Source: the human T2T-CHM13v2.0 reference genome, Homo sapiens. Taken from it: a DNA stretch of 64,000 nt. The stretch lies in assembly GCF_009914755.1 (NCBI RefSeq), contig NC_060938.1; one strand, written 5' to 3'. Positions 31,063-47,063 of this stretch are shown one piece after another. The notes under the pieces were generated by a model. That model had not been told where the DNA came from, did not search any database, and saw only the letters and a program-made list of their open reading frames with translations. Every line of letters begins with the position of its first letter. Position 1 is the stretch's first letter. Both the position numbers and the translations under genes were made by a program.

Positions 31063-33825
31063 TGTATTAGTTTCCTAGGACTGCAATAACAAAGTATTGG
31101 CATACCTTGGAGATACTGTGGGTTCAGTTTTAGACCACTGCAGTAAAGCAAAAATCATGATATAGCAAATTGCACATTTTTTTTTGTTTTCCCAGTATAT
31201 AGAAAAGTTACATTTACACTGTAGTGTAGTCTATAATTAAAAATACTTTATTGCTAAACAATGCTAAAAATCATCTGAGCCTTTAGAGTCATAAACTTTT
31301 TGCTGGTGGAGGGTCCTGCCTCAATGTTAATGGCCGCTGACTGCTCAGGGTGGTAGTTGGTGAAGCTGGGGTGGCTGTGGAACTTTCTGAAAATAGGGCA
31401 AAAATTGAGTATGCATATCAATTAACTCTTCCTTTCATGAAAGATTTCTCTGTAGCATGAGATGCTGTTTGATTGCATTTTGTCCACACAAGAACTCTTT
31501 TAAAACTGGAGTCAAACCTCTCAAACCCTGCTGCTGCTTTTCAAATAAGTTGATGTAGTATTCTAAGTCTTTTGTTGTCATTTCAACAATGTTCACAGAA
31601 TCTTCAGGAGTAGATTCCATTTCAAGAAACCACTTTCTTTGCCCATGCATAAGAAGCAACTCCTCATTCATTCAAATTTTATAATGAGACTGTAGAAATT
31701 CAGTCACATCTTTAGCCTCAACTTCTAATTATAGTTATCTTGCTATTTATATCACATCTGGCTTCAGTGGAGGAAATCTTGAACCCTCAAAGTTGTACAT
31801 GAGGGTTGAAATCAATTTCTTCAAAACACCTATTAATGTTGATATTTTGGCCTCCTCCTATGAATCACAAATGTTCTTAAATAGCATCTAGGATGGTAAA
31901 TCCTTTCCAGGTTTCACATTTACTTTGCCCAGATCCATCAGAGGCTATAGCCTTACAAATGCATTTCTTAAATAATAAGACTTTAAAGTCAAAATTACTC
32001 CTTGATCCATGGGCCACAGAAAGGATGTTGTATTAGCAGGCATGAAAACAACATTCATCTTCTTGCACATCTCCATCAGAGCTCTTAGGTGACTAGGTGT
32101 GTTGTCACTGAGCAGTCTTATTTTGAAAGGAATCTTTTCTCTCTGAGCAGTAGATCTCAACGGTGGGCTTAAAATACCCAGGAAACCATGCTGAGGAAAC
32201 CATAGGTGTTTTGCCATCCAAGGTTCATTGTTTCATTTATAGAAAACAGGCAGAGTAGATTTAGCGTAATTCTTAAGGGCCTTAGGATTTTCAGATTCAT
32301 CAATGAGCATTGGCTTCAACTTCAAGTACCAGCTGCATTAGCCCCTAACAAGGGAGTCAGCCTAGCCTTTGAAGCTTTGAAGCCAGATATTGACTCCTCC
32401 TTTCTGTGAAAGTCCTAGATGGCATCTTCCAATAGAAGGCTGTTTTTTGTACATTGAAAATCTGTTTAGTGTAGCCACCAGCATCAATAATCTTAGCTAG
32501 ATCTTCTGGATAACTTGTAACATTTCCACCAGTGCTTGCTGTTTCACCTTGCACTTTTATGTTACGGAGATGGCATCTTTCATTAAACCTCACGAACCAA
32601 CCTCTGCTAGTTTCCAACTCTTCTTCTGCAGCTTCCTTACCTCGCATAGCCTTCAAAGAATTGAAAAGCATTAAGGCTTTGCTCTGGATTAGGCTCTGAC
32701 TTAAGGGAATGTTGTGGCTGATTTGATCTATTATCTAGACCACTAAATTTTTCTCCTCATCACCAATAAGGCTGTTTCGCTTTTTTATTCATGTGTGCAC
32801 CAGAGTAGCATTTTTAACCTTCTTCAAGCACCTTTCCTTTGCATTCACAACTTGGATGTTTGGTGCAAGAAGCTTTCAGCCTGTCTCAGCTTTCAACATG
32901 CCTTCCTCACTAAGTTGAATCATTTATAGCTTTTGATTTCAAGTGAGAAATGTGTGGCTCTTGGAACACTTGGAGGCTACTATGGGGTTATTAATTTGCC
33001 TACTTTCAATATTATAAGGAAATGGCTGGTCAGTGGAACAGTCAGAAAACACACAACATTTATCAATTATGTTTGCCTTATTACATGGGTGTGGCTCATG
33101 GCACCCCAGAACAATTACAACAGTAACATCAAAGATCACTGATTACAGATCACTATAACAGATATAACAACAAGAAAAAGTTTGAAATATTACAAGAATT
33201 AACAACAGTTTGAAATATTGCAAGAATTAACAAAATGTGACACAGAGACATGAAGTGAGCACATGCTGTTGGAAAAATGGTGCCGACAGACTTGCTCAGC
33301 GCAGGGTTGTCACAAACCTTCAATTTGTGAAAAATGCAATATCTGCAAAGTCCAATAAGCAAAGTCCAATAAAATGAGGTATGCCTATACCACTAACTGG
33401 GTAGCTTTAAAACTACAGAAACTTGTTTTCTCACAGTTCTAGAGACTAGAAATCTGAAATCAAGGTATTGGCAGGACCCTGCTTGCTCCAAAGACTCTAG
33501 GAAAGATCCATTTTTGTCTCTTCTAGCTTCTAGGGCTTGCTGGCAATCTTTGGCATTCCCTGGTTTGTGACAACAAAATTCCAATTTCTGCCTTCATCTT
33601 GACAGGCCTTCTTCCCTTCTTTGTCTCTGTGTGTAAATCTCCACTCCTTTCTCTTACAAAGATAACAGTCACTGGATTAGGAATCATACTAATGTAGTAT
33701 GACCACATTTTAACTTGATTATATCTGCAAAGACTCTATGTCCAAGTAAAGTTACCTTGAGATATCAGGGATAAGGAGTCCGCCATATTTGGGGCTTAGG
33801 GTGGAACACAATTCAACCCATAACA
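31063..33825 (-). mobile_element. MLT1C-like MaLR LTR split by Tigger1
   Basis: tgtattagtttcctaggactgcaataacaaagTA, then Tigger1, then ccactaactgggtagcttta ... attcaacccataaca. Confidence 0.85.
31097..33387 (-). mobile_element. Tigger1 (pogo-like DNA transposon), near full length, dead transposase
   Basis: TIRs ggcatacct and aggtatgcc flanked by TA. Transposase remnants: [20 protein letters not shown] (32357-32671), DN.PSH and PMDQGVI (31945-32217), 31435-31671. Confidence 0.95.
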
Positions 33826-33904
33826 CCGATATCCCTGCCAAGTTTCTGGATCCGGATCTCCATCCATCCCAGTGACCTTGTGGGTCATCCAGTAATTTTC
33901 TTAT

Positions 33905-34393
33905 AAGGTGACCCTTAAGCAACACAGGTTTGAACTGCACAGGTCCAGTTATATGTGAATTTTTTTCAATAAAATTTACCCCCAGTATGCCTGCCTCTCC
34001 TGTCTCCCCTTTCACCTCCTCTACCTCTTCTGCCTCTGCCACCTCTGAGACAGCAAGACCAACTCTTCTTCCTCCTTCTCCTCAGCCTATGCAACATGAA
34101 GATCATGAGGATAAAGACCCTTATGATCACCTACTTCAACTTAATGAATAGTAAATATATTTTCTCCTTATAATTTTCTTAATAACATTTTCTTTTCTCT
34201 ACCTTCCTTTTTTGTAAGAATACAGGATATAATATACAAAATATGTGTTAATTGACAGTTTATGTAATTGGTAAAGTTTTTGGTCAACAGTAGGCTTTTA
34301 GTACTTACATTTTTGAGGATTCCAAAGTTATGTGTGGATTTTCAACTGCATGGGGGTTGGCACCCCAACCCTGCATTGTTGAAGGGCCAACTG
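33905..34393. mobile_element. Tigger2a-like non-autonomous element
   Basis: TIRs gtgacccttaagcaacacagg and cctgcattgttgaagggccaactg followed by TA. Confidence 0.8.
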
Positions 34394-36019
34394 TACACTC
34401 TTTTTCTACTTAAAATCTGTGGAATTAGTTTTGCTGCTTGCAACTATTGCAACTATAAACCCTGACCTGTCTTATGTCTAATTCAATTTCCTTGACCTCC
34501 CATCTGAGAGTCATCATCAAGATTCACTAGGGATGAGCACAACAGTGACTTTCTGATGGCAAAGATCCATTTGCTTTAAGCCCAAGGTAGAGATTCCCAT
34601 CCCACTCTCTGAATCAAGCAGACTGAGGAAGTGACATCCCAGGCCCATGTTGAAGGACTCACATTCACCAGTCCCAAACCTCATTACTGAAATGCCAGCA
34701 GAAACTTTTGATTTCCTAAATTATGAGTTTGTTCTCAAGCTATATCTCATTCTGGAGCAGAATTCAACTAATTTTTGCCTTTGGGACTTATGGATGGTGT
34801 GAGGGCTGTTTCAGTGGAAAGGACCACACTGCTTGCATTAGATCTCAGAGACATTGCCCCAGTCTGTATAATTTTCATCAAGTCATGACAGCAGCACCAA
34901 AGGGGCTAGCCATCATTTCAATTGTGTTTGGTCTAAAATTTCCAAAGCCTCATCAATGCTCTTAGGAACAATAACATTATGCCAGAAAGAGGTGCAGAGG
35001 AAACAAAACATTATGGGGTTCTAAGAAACATGGTAATAAAAGACAGCTGAATTTTAAAAGAGAAAAAACTATGTCATTGACTTCAGGGAAATAAAAACAC
35101 ATTTAAACTTACTGAATAAGTCATCTTCACAAACAGCCATTAGGAGAACAGTGGTAATGTTACTTTTTGATTTGCCCTGCTATGCTTCTTTTTATGCCCT
35201 GCCCCTTGCCAACATCATGGAATTGTAGTAGGGCTAGGGACCACATAAGCTTGGAACTGCCTGAAACTATCTTTGCCATCATTTGTAGAAAGCCTGTTTG
35301 AGAATGAAACCAACTCAGGAAAGAAGAATCAAATAGATATATACAAAGTTATTATTTTATTGAGTCCCTCAATCTAGCCATACCTAAAAATACCTATTAG
35401 ACTTCTAAGATTTTTGAGCCAATAAATTGTGTTTGTTTGCTTAAGCTGGTGTGAGTTTGAGCTCTAGCCTTACAAATGACAATATGCTATCAAGTGCCCA
35501 TATCTATTTTGACCCAATTTATTTGGACTGCTATTGGCAAGGGACTATTGTGTTGAATGAACCACAGATTTCAACTAGGATGGTGGTTTCTGAATTTCTG
35601 TCATCTGGCACACTGTTGGAAACATGTGCACACAAAAATACACACATAAGCTAATGGAGAAGAACCTTTGCAAGGCAATCTTTTGGCACATGTATATTGT
35701 TGAATTATGATTACACCTAAGGGCATGGCCAATAGGAAAGTAAATCAACTAACTGGAGGAGAAAAGTCATTTATTCTACCCAATTCAAGCTCTGTACATC
35801 CTTGCCTTACCACATCACACCAACAACATGGGAATTTACCTTCCTGAGCTCCAGCACTGTCTGTTTTTTTAGTGAAGCTGTGCTGTTACATCTCAACTCA
35901 GCATGTTCACAGACAACATATGGGTAACATGGCTCCCAGCTAGACCAATCTCCTACACCTCTCATCCTACTTCTCCCAACCCAGTTTTTCCAAAACCCCT
36001 GGGACTAGCCTGAACTTTC

Positions 36020-37870
36020 TCGTTCATTCACACATTTATACAATAAATAAGTATTGTGTACTCGCTATATGCTGAGCCCAGGTGTAGGCACTGTGAAATC
36101 AGCAATGAACAGAATAGAGTAAGATTTTGCCCTTGTAAAGTTTATACTGTACTGGGAGAAGATAGCCAACAAACAAATTTTATGTAGATATATGTCAGAT
36201 GGTGATAAATGTTATGGAGAAAAATTAAATGGGGTCAAAACGAGAGGAATGCAGTGAGTGGCTATTTCACATATGGTGAAACTGTGAACCTTGTAGGTTA
36301 CTGTGGGAAGACTATGCCAAGCCAAGGGAACAATATGTGCAAAGGCACTGAAATAAGAACACTGAGGAGGCCAGTATAGCTGAAGAGGAGGTAATGAGGG
36401 CCAGTGTGCTAGATGAGTTAAGAGGTGTTAGAGGGGGAAAGGTTGACAGAGAATATTTGGAGCATTTGTATGCCATGATAAGAACTCTGGGCTTTATTCT
36501 GTTATTTAAAAAACAAACAGAAAAACCATGGAATGCTGTAAGCAAAGGAGTCACATAACCTGACTTAAAGCTTTAAAGATTGTTCTGTCCACTGTGTTGA
36601 GAATATAACCGGTATTAAGGACAGAAACAAGGACACCAAGGAGATCATGAAAACAGTAGTGCAGGGTGTAAGAAGTAGTTAAATGTTGGATATATTCTGA
36701 AGGTAGAGACACCAACAGAATGGGATGTAAGCAAAAGTGTTCATAAATGTCTCCAAGAGTTTTGGCCTAAGCAACGGAAGAAATGGACTTGCCAGTTACT
36801 GTGATGCATAGATTTAGAAATGGGGGAGGAATCAACAGTGTAGTTATAACATATTAAGTTCGAGATACCTATCAGATATGCATGTAGAATAGATAATTAG
36901 CTAAATGAGCCTGAAGTTAAGGGAAAATTTCTGGACTGGAGACATATATTTGGGAGTCATCAGAATATAGATGAAATTAAAATCATGGACTGGATGAGGT
37001 CACCTAAGAAGTGGGTCCATACAAAGGAGAAGAGAAGAGTTCTAAGGACTATATTGTTGAGCAGCCTGATGTTTAGAGGTGGAGGAGAAAGGAGGCTCAG
37101 CAAAAGAAAATGAGAAGGAACAGCACATAAAGTAGGATGAGAACCGAAAGGTTCCTGGAACGCAAGTTAAGGAAAAAAGAACCACAGCAACATTTCAGGA
37201 AAGAAAGTAGTTAATGGGATCAAATGTTGAGACAGGTCAAATAAGATCAGGACTAACAATTACTAGTGGATTTGGCTACAAGGAAGTCATTGGAGTGGAT
37301 TCAAAAGGAACAAGAGGAAGTAAATTGGAAATAGGTAGCACAGACAACTCTTTTGAGGAGTTTGCTGTTACAGCAATAGAGAAATAGAGCTATAGCTGGA
37401 GAGAAATGTGGGGAAAAGAGAGAATTTTCATTTAAGATGTGCAGAATTTCAGCATGTTTGTATGCTATGAGGATGATCCATTAGAGAGGGTAAATTTTGA
37501 TAGTGCAATGGGGAGAGGAGACAAGTACTGGAACAATATTCTTTAATAGGCAAGAGGAGTAGAGTCTAGTGCACAAGTATAGGAGTTAGCCTTAGGTAGA
37601 CATATAGATAATTTATCCACTGTAACAGGAGGGAAGGCAGAGTATAAAGGTAAAGATGCATATAGGTGAATAGATGAGTCAACAGGATCGTGTATAAATC
37701 TTCATCTGACTCCTTCTATTTTCAAAGTAAAATAGGAAGCAAATTCATCAGCTGAAAGTGAGGATGAGGGAAAAGGTTGCAAGGCTTGAAGAGAGATGAA
37801 AAGAGTTGCCTACGAAAGTGGGAAAAGCCTGAAATAAGACAATGTGATAGAACCCCTGGGTGGCATGAAG
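36020..37870 (-). mobile_element. L2, about 1.85 kb
   Basis: Purine-rich antisense L2 with typical blocks (gacatatatttgggagtcatcagaatatagatg, gtggatttggctacaaggaagtcattgg). Confidence 0.8.
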
Positions 37871-38004
37871 GGCCTGCATGGGTCAGTGGCCATCTTCCTA
37901 CTGTGGGTTTTGGGCACTATGGTGAAGGGGATGATGTCCATAGGTGTTTGGAGTCAAGGGTGGGAGAGGGCAGAAGTGAACAGTCATTTACTTTTTAAAA
38001 AAAT

Positions 38005-38278
38005 TGTTTGTTTGTATGTTTGAGAGCTCTGTCACCCAGGCTGGAGTGCAGGGCTGCCTTCATGGCTCACTGCAGGCTTGAACTCCTGGGCTCAAGTGAT
38101 CCTCCCACCTCAGCTTCCCAAGTATCTGCGACTTCAGGCACACCACCACACCTGGCGAATTTTTTTTTTTTTTTTAATAGAGATGGGGCCTCATTGTATT
38201 GCCTAAACTAGTCTGGAACTTCTGGCCTCAAGCCTCCTGAAGTGTCAGGGTTACAGGTGTGAGCCACCATGCCCAGCT
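38005..38278 (-). mobile_element. AluJ
   Basis: gctctgtcacccaggctggagtgcag ... catggctcactgcagg ... gtgagccaccatgcccagc. Confidence 0.9.
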
Positions 38279-41200
38279 GTGAGCAGCCATTTAAAAGTAA
38301 GCTAAGATTTAAGACACAGAAGTAAACATAGGTCTACAGTACAAATATGAAAAGTGCCTGAAATCTTAAAGGCAAAACATTAGATATAATTTGAATATAC
38401 TCTTCAAAATAAAATCAGAGAATTTTACAACTTAAAATGAAAATGACCTTAGTGATTTTCTCATCTGAATTCACTTTACGACATTTGAAAATCAAGGGCC
38501 TATAAAAGTAAATGACTTTTCCAAGACCACAAGCTTAGTTAGCAGCAGACACAAGTCTAGACATTAGTCCTCAATCTTCATCCACTAGTCTTTCCTTTCT
38601 CATTTAGTGGCAGAGGACAAGGAAATTTCAGGCTGGTCCTCTTTTTCTCATTGCATGTCCAGGCCTTCCTTTCTCTTAACTGTTCCATCAGCTATCTTCC
38701 ATAACAAAGTTCCCTTCTTATCTCTAACAGTCACCCAGCCCCCTCTCAGCACCTCAGCCAAGTGGGTACTTCATTGGACCTTCAAATCTAGTGCCTTAAG
38801 CTGGATTGAGAGCCCGGTCTCAGCAAAGTATGAGTTGGGCTTCCCCTAGAAGGAAGAAAGGGGGGTTGTCTCACCAAAATTCAACAGCTGATTTCTCTAG
38901 ACTCAACAGACAGCACCGTGGTGCCCAGGTGCCAGTGATAAGGGCATTGCATTCTCTTAGCCCTACTTGTGTTCTGGTCAGAGAGAAGCACAAGACAGTT
39001 TTCAAGCCACAAGCCATATGCGCTCTTTGGACCAACAAATGTCAAGCCTTTGCATTAAGAAGAAAATGAATCTGAACCAACAAGCTTGGGTACAGCCTGC
39101 AGCCAGTGTCCCATCTGAATACCATTTGAGCACAACTGGTTAAAGTTCTTCAAATGATGGCTCTTGTTATCTATAAAATTAAGACTAAACCAGAGATCAA
39201 GGAATTTCAACTGGAAGCTATATCCTGTCTCCAGTCTCCCATCTTGGTGTAATTTAAGTGAGTTACAGGCCCCTTTAAATTCACTTATTTAAAACAGATA
39301 CTCATCCAAAGAGGCACTCTATAAACATTTGGCACATCTTGATGAGCACTTCAATTGTCTTTCAAAGGCAGTGGAAACAACCTCAAAACCAATTACTTAT
39401 GCTGTCCTCCAAGAAGTCCATTAATTGGAACAAAGGCCTGCCTCTGCCTGACTGTGTCCTCTCCTCTCTTTCATGTCTAGCAATTGTCCCTTCTGAGAAA
39501 CAGTAGTACAGTTTCAGGCAATATTTTAAAATGTATACATTATTTAAATAGTATAGAGGTAAAGGGTATTGATGTGAACTAGGAGTTAACATATGTAACA
39601 AAGTATAGGGTCTTATGTCTGTCCTCTTTTCTCCTGGTTGAAACAAACAATTTAAAAAGTGGGAAGAAATTTACACACCTTGATATTCCCACATGCTGAG
39701 TGAAATATTGGGAATAGAATCTCCTAAATAAAACAAACCTTTTTTAAAAAGCTTTTATTATTTATTTTTTAAAATTGTTGTGGGTACATAGGTGTATATA
39801 TTTAAGGGGTACATGAGATGTTTTGATGCAGGCATGCAATGTGAAATAAACACATCACAGAGAACAGGGTATCCATCCCCTCAAGCATTTATCCTTTGAG
39901 TTACAAACAATCTAGTTACACTCTTTAAGTTATTTTAAAATGTACAATTAAGTTATTATTGACTATAGTCACTCTACTGTGCTATCAAATAAATAGTAGG
40001 ACTTATTCATTCTTTTTATTTATTTATTTTTAACCCATTAACCATTCCCACCTCCCCCCCCGCCCACCAACCCCCTGCTACCCTTCCCAGCCTCTGGTAG
40101 CCATCCTTCTACTTTCTAGGTCCGTGAGTTTAATTGTTTTGATTTTTAGATCCCACAAGTAAGTGAGAACATGTGATGTTGGTCTTTCCATGCCTGGCTT
40201 ATTTCACTTAACATAATCTCCAGTTCCATCCCTGTTGTTGTAAATGACTGGATCTCATTCTTTTTTATGGCTGAATAGTACTCCACTGTGTATATGTACC
40301 ACATTTTCTTTATCCATTCATCTGCTGTTGGACACTTAGGTTGCTTCCAAATTTTAGCTACTGTAAACAGTGCTGCAACAAACATAGAAATGCAAATATC
40401 TCTTCAATATACTGATTTCCTTTCTTTGAAGTATATTCCCAGAAGTGGGATTGCTGGATCACATAGTATCTCTATTTTGAGTTTTTTGAGGAATCTCCAA
40501 ACTGTTCTCCATAGTGGTTGTCCTAATTTACATTTCCACCAACAGCGTACAAAGGTTCCCTTTTCCCCAAAACCTTGCTAGCATTTGTTATTGCCTGTCT
40601 TTTGGGTATAAGTCATTTTAACAGGCGTGAGATATCTCATTGTAGTTTTAATTTGCATTTCTCTGATGATCAGTGATGTTGAGCACCTTTTTTATATGCC
40701 TGTTGGCCATTTTTATGTCCTTCTTTTGAGAAATGTCTATTCAAATCTTTTGCCCATTTTTCAATCAGGTTATTAGATTTTTTCCTATAGAGTTGTTTGA
40801 GCTCTTTATATATTCTGGTTGTTAATCCCTTGTCAGATGGGTAGTTTGCAAATATTTTTCTCTCATTCTGTGGGTCATGTCTTCACTTTGTTGATTGTAT
40901 CCTTTGCTGTGCAGAAACGTTTTAATTTGATGTGATCCTATCTGTCCATTTTTGCTTTGGTTGCCTGCACTTGTGGGGTATTCATCAGGAAATCTTTGCC
41001 TAGACCAATGTCTTGGAGATTTTCTCCAATGTTTTCTTGTACTGTGGCTTCATAATTGGAGTTCTTAGATTTAAGTATTTAATCCATTTTGATTTGATTT
41101 TTGTATATGTCAAGAAATAAGGGTCTAGTTTCATTTTTCTGCATATGGATATCCAGTTTTCCCAGCATCAATTATTGAAGAGACTGTCTTTTCTCCACTG

Positions 41201-44187
41201 TATGTCCTTGGCACCTTTGTCAAAAATGAGTTCACTGTAGGTGCGTGGGTTTATTTCTGGGTTCTCCATTCTGTTCCATTGGTCTATGTGTCTGTTTTTA
41301 TGCCAGTACCATGCTGTTTTGGTTACTATAGCTCTGTAGTATAAATTGAAGTCAGGTAATGTGATTCCTCCAGTTTTGTTTTTTTGCTTAGAATACCTTT
41401 GTCTATTTTGGGTCTCTTGTGGTTCCATATAGATTTTAGAATGTTTTTTCTATTCTGTGAAGATTGTCGTCGGTATTCTGATAGGAATTGCATTGAGTCT
41501 ACATATTGCTTTGGGTAGTACAGACATTTTAACAATATTAATTCTTCCAATCCATGAACATGGAATATTTTTCCATTTTTTGGTGTCCTCTTCAATTTCC
41601 TTCATCAGTGTTTTATAGTTTTCATTATAGAGATATTTTGCTTCTTTGGTTAAGTTAATGCCTAGGTATTTAATTTTATATGTGGCTATGATAAATGGGG
41701 TTACCTTTTTTCTTTTTCACATTGTTCACTGTTGGCATATAGAAATGCTACTGATTTTTATATGTTGATTTAGTATCATGCAACTTTACTAAATTTGTTT
41801 ATCAGTTATAATAGTTTTCTTGTGGAGTCTTTAGGCTTTTCCAAATATAAGATCATATCATCTGCAAACAAGGATCATTTGACTTATTTCTTTTCAGTTT
41901 GTACGCCCTTTATATCTTTCTATTGTCTTAGTGCTCTGGCTAGGACTTGCTGTACTACGTTGAATAACAGTGGTGACAGTGGGCATCCTTGTCATGTTCC
42001 AGATTTTAGAGGAAAGGCTTTCAGTTTTTCCCCATTCAGATGATACTAGTTGTGGGTCTGTCATATATGGCTTTTATTATGTTGAGGTATGCTCCTTTTA
42101 TCCTCAGTTTTTTGAGGGTTTTTATCATGAAGGGATGTTGAATTTTATCATATGCTTTTTCAGCATCAATTGAAATGATCATATGGTTTTTATCCTTCAT
42201 TCTGTTGATATGGTATATCACATCGATTTGCATACATTGAACCATCCTTGCGTCTCAGGGATAAATCCCACTGGGTCATGATAAATGATCTTTCTAATGT
42301 ATTGTTTGTGATTTGCTTGTATTTTATTGAAGATTTCTGCATCAATTTTCTTCAGAGATGTTGGCCTGTAGTTTGCTGTTTTTGATGTGTCTTCATCTGG
42401 TTTTGGTATCACGTTAATACTGGCATTGTAGAATCAGTTTGCAAGAATTCTCTCCTTCTCTATTTTTCAGAATAGTTTGAGTAGAATTGGTGTTAATTCT
42501 TCTTTAAATGTCTGGTCCCAGATTTTTCTTTAGTGGGACACTCTTTATTATGGCTTTGATCTTATCACTTGTTATTGGTCTGTTCAGATTTTGGATTTCT
42601 CCATGGTTCAATCTTGGTATGTAGTACGTATCTAAGAATCTGTCAGTTTCTTCTATATTTTCCAACGTATTGGCATATAGTTGCTCAAAGTAGCCACTAG
42701 TGATTCTTTAAATTTCTGCAGAATCAGTTGTAATGTCTCCTTCTTCATTTCTAATTTTATTTATTTGGATCTTCTCTCTTTTTTCTTAGTCCGGCTAAAG
42801 GTTTGCCGATTTTATTTATCTTTAAAAAACAACTTTTTGTTTCTCTGATGTTTTGTATTGTATTTTTTCATTTCAATTTCATTTATTTCTACTCTGATCT
42901 TTATTATTTCTTTTCTTCTCCTGATTTTGGGTTTGGTTTGCTCTTGCTTTTCTAGTTCCCTTAAGATACATCATTAGACTGTTCATTTGAAGTTTTTCCT
43001 CTTTTATGATGCAGCCACATACAGCTGTAAACTTCCCCCTTAGTACTGTTTTTGCTGAATCCTATAGGTTTGGGTATGTTGTGTTTCCATTATCATTTGT
43101 TTCAAGAAATTTTTCAATTTACTTCTTGATTTCTTCATTGACCCACTGGTCATTCAAGAGCATATTGTTTAATTTCCATGTATTTGTATAGTTTCCACAA
43201 TTCCTTGTTATTAATTTATACTTTTATTCCATTGTGATCAGAGAAGATGCTTACTATTATTTCAATTTTTTAAATGTTTTAAGACTTGTTTTGTGCCCTA
43301 ACACATGGTCTATCCTTGAGAATGATGCATGTGCTAAGGAAAACAATGAGTATTCTGCAGTTCTTGGATAAAATGTTCTGTAAATATCTGTTAGATCCAT
43401 TTGATTTATAGTACAGATTAAATCTGGTGTTTCTTTCTTAATTTTCTGTTTGGAAAATCTGTTCAATGCTGAAAGTGGGATGTTGAAATCTCCAGCTATT
43501 ATTGTATCTCTCTTTAGTTTGAATAATATTTCTTTTATATACCTGGGTGCTCCAGTGTTCAGTGCATATATATTTAAAATTGTTATATTCTCTTGCTGAA
43601 TTGAGCCCTTTATCATTATATAGTGACCTTGTCTCTTCTTATATTTTTTGTCTTTGAAAGCTATTTTGTGTGATATAAGTATAGCCAGTCCTGATCTTTT
43701 TTGGTTTCCATTGGCATGGAATATCTTTTCCCATCCCTTTATTTTCAATCTATGTGTGTCTTTATAGGTGAATTGTATTTCTTGTAGGCAACAGACCAAT
43801 GGATCTTGCTTTTTCATCCATTCAGCCTATCTGTGTCTTTTGATTGGAGAGTTTAGTCATTTACATAAAACATTATTATTGATAAGTAAGGAATTAACTC
43901 CTGCCATTTTGTTATTTGTTTTCTGGTTGTTTTGTGGTCTTCTCTTCCTTCTTTCTTTCATCCCTGTCTTCCTCTAGTGAAGGTGATTTTCTCTGGTAAA
44001 TGATTTAGTTTCTTGCTTTATATTTTTTGTGTGTTCATTATATGATTTTTGATTTGAGGTTACCATGAGGCTTGCAAATACCACCTTATAACCCATTATT
44101 TGAACGTGATAACAACTTAACACTATTTGCATAAGCAAGGAAAATGAAAACTATTAAAAACTCTATGCTTTAACTTTGTCTCTCTGC

Positions 44188-47063
<2,876 letters not shown>

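Larger units (their letters stand above)
30725..34450 (+). mobile_element. Old ERVL-class LTR split by MLT1 and Tigger2a insertions
   Basis: LTR-like pieces at 30725-31062, 33826-33904 and 34396-34450 (ends gctgcttgcaacta...aaaccctgac). Confidence 0.45.

Noticed and set aside
31435-32671. TIGD1-like transposase ORFs as a domesticated gene
   Set aside because: Fragmented by stops and frameshifts inside an ordinary Tigger1 with TIRs.
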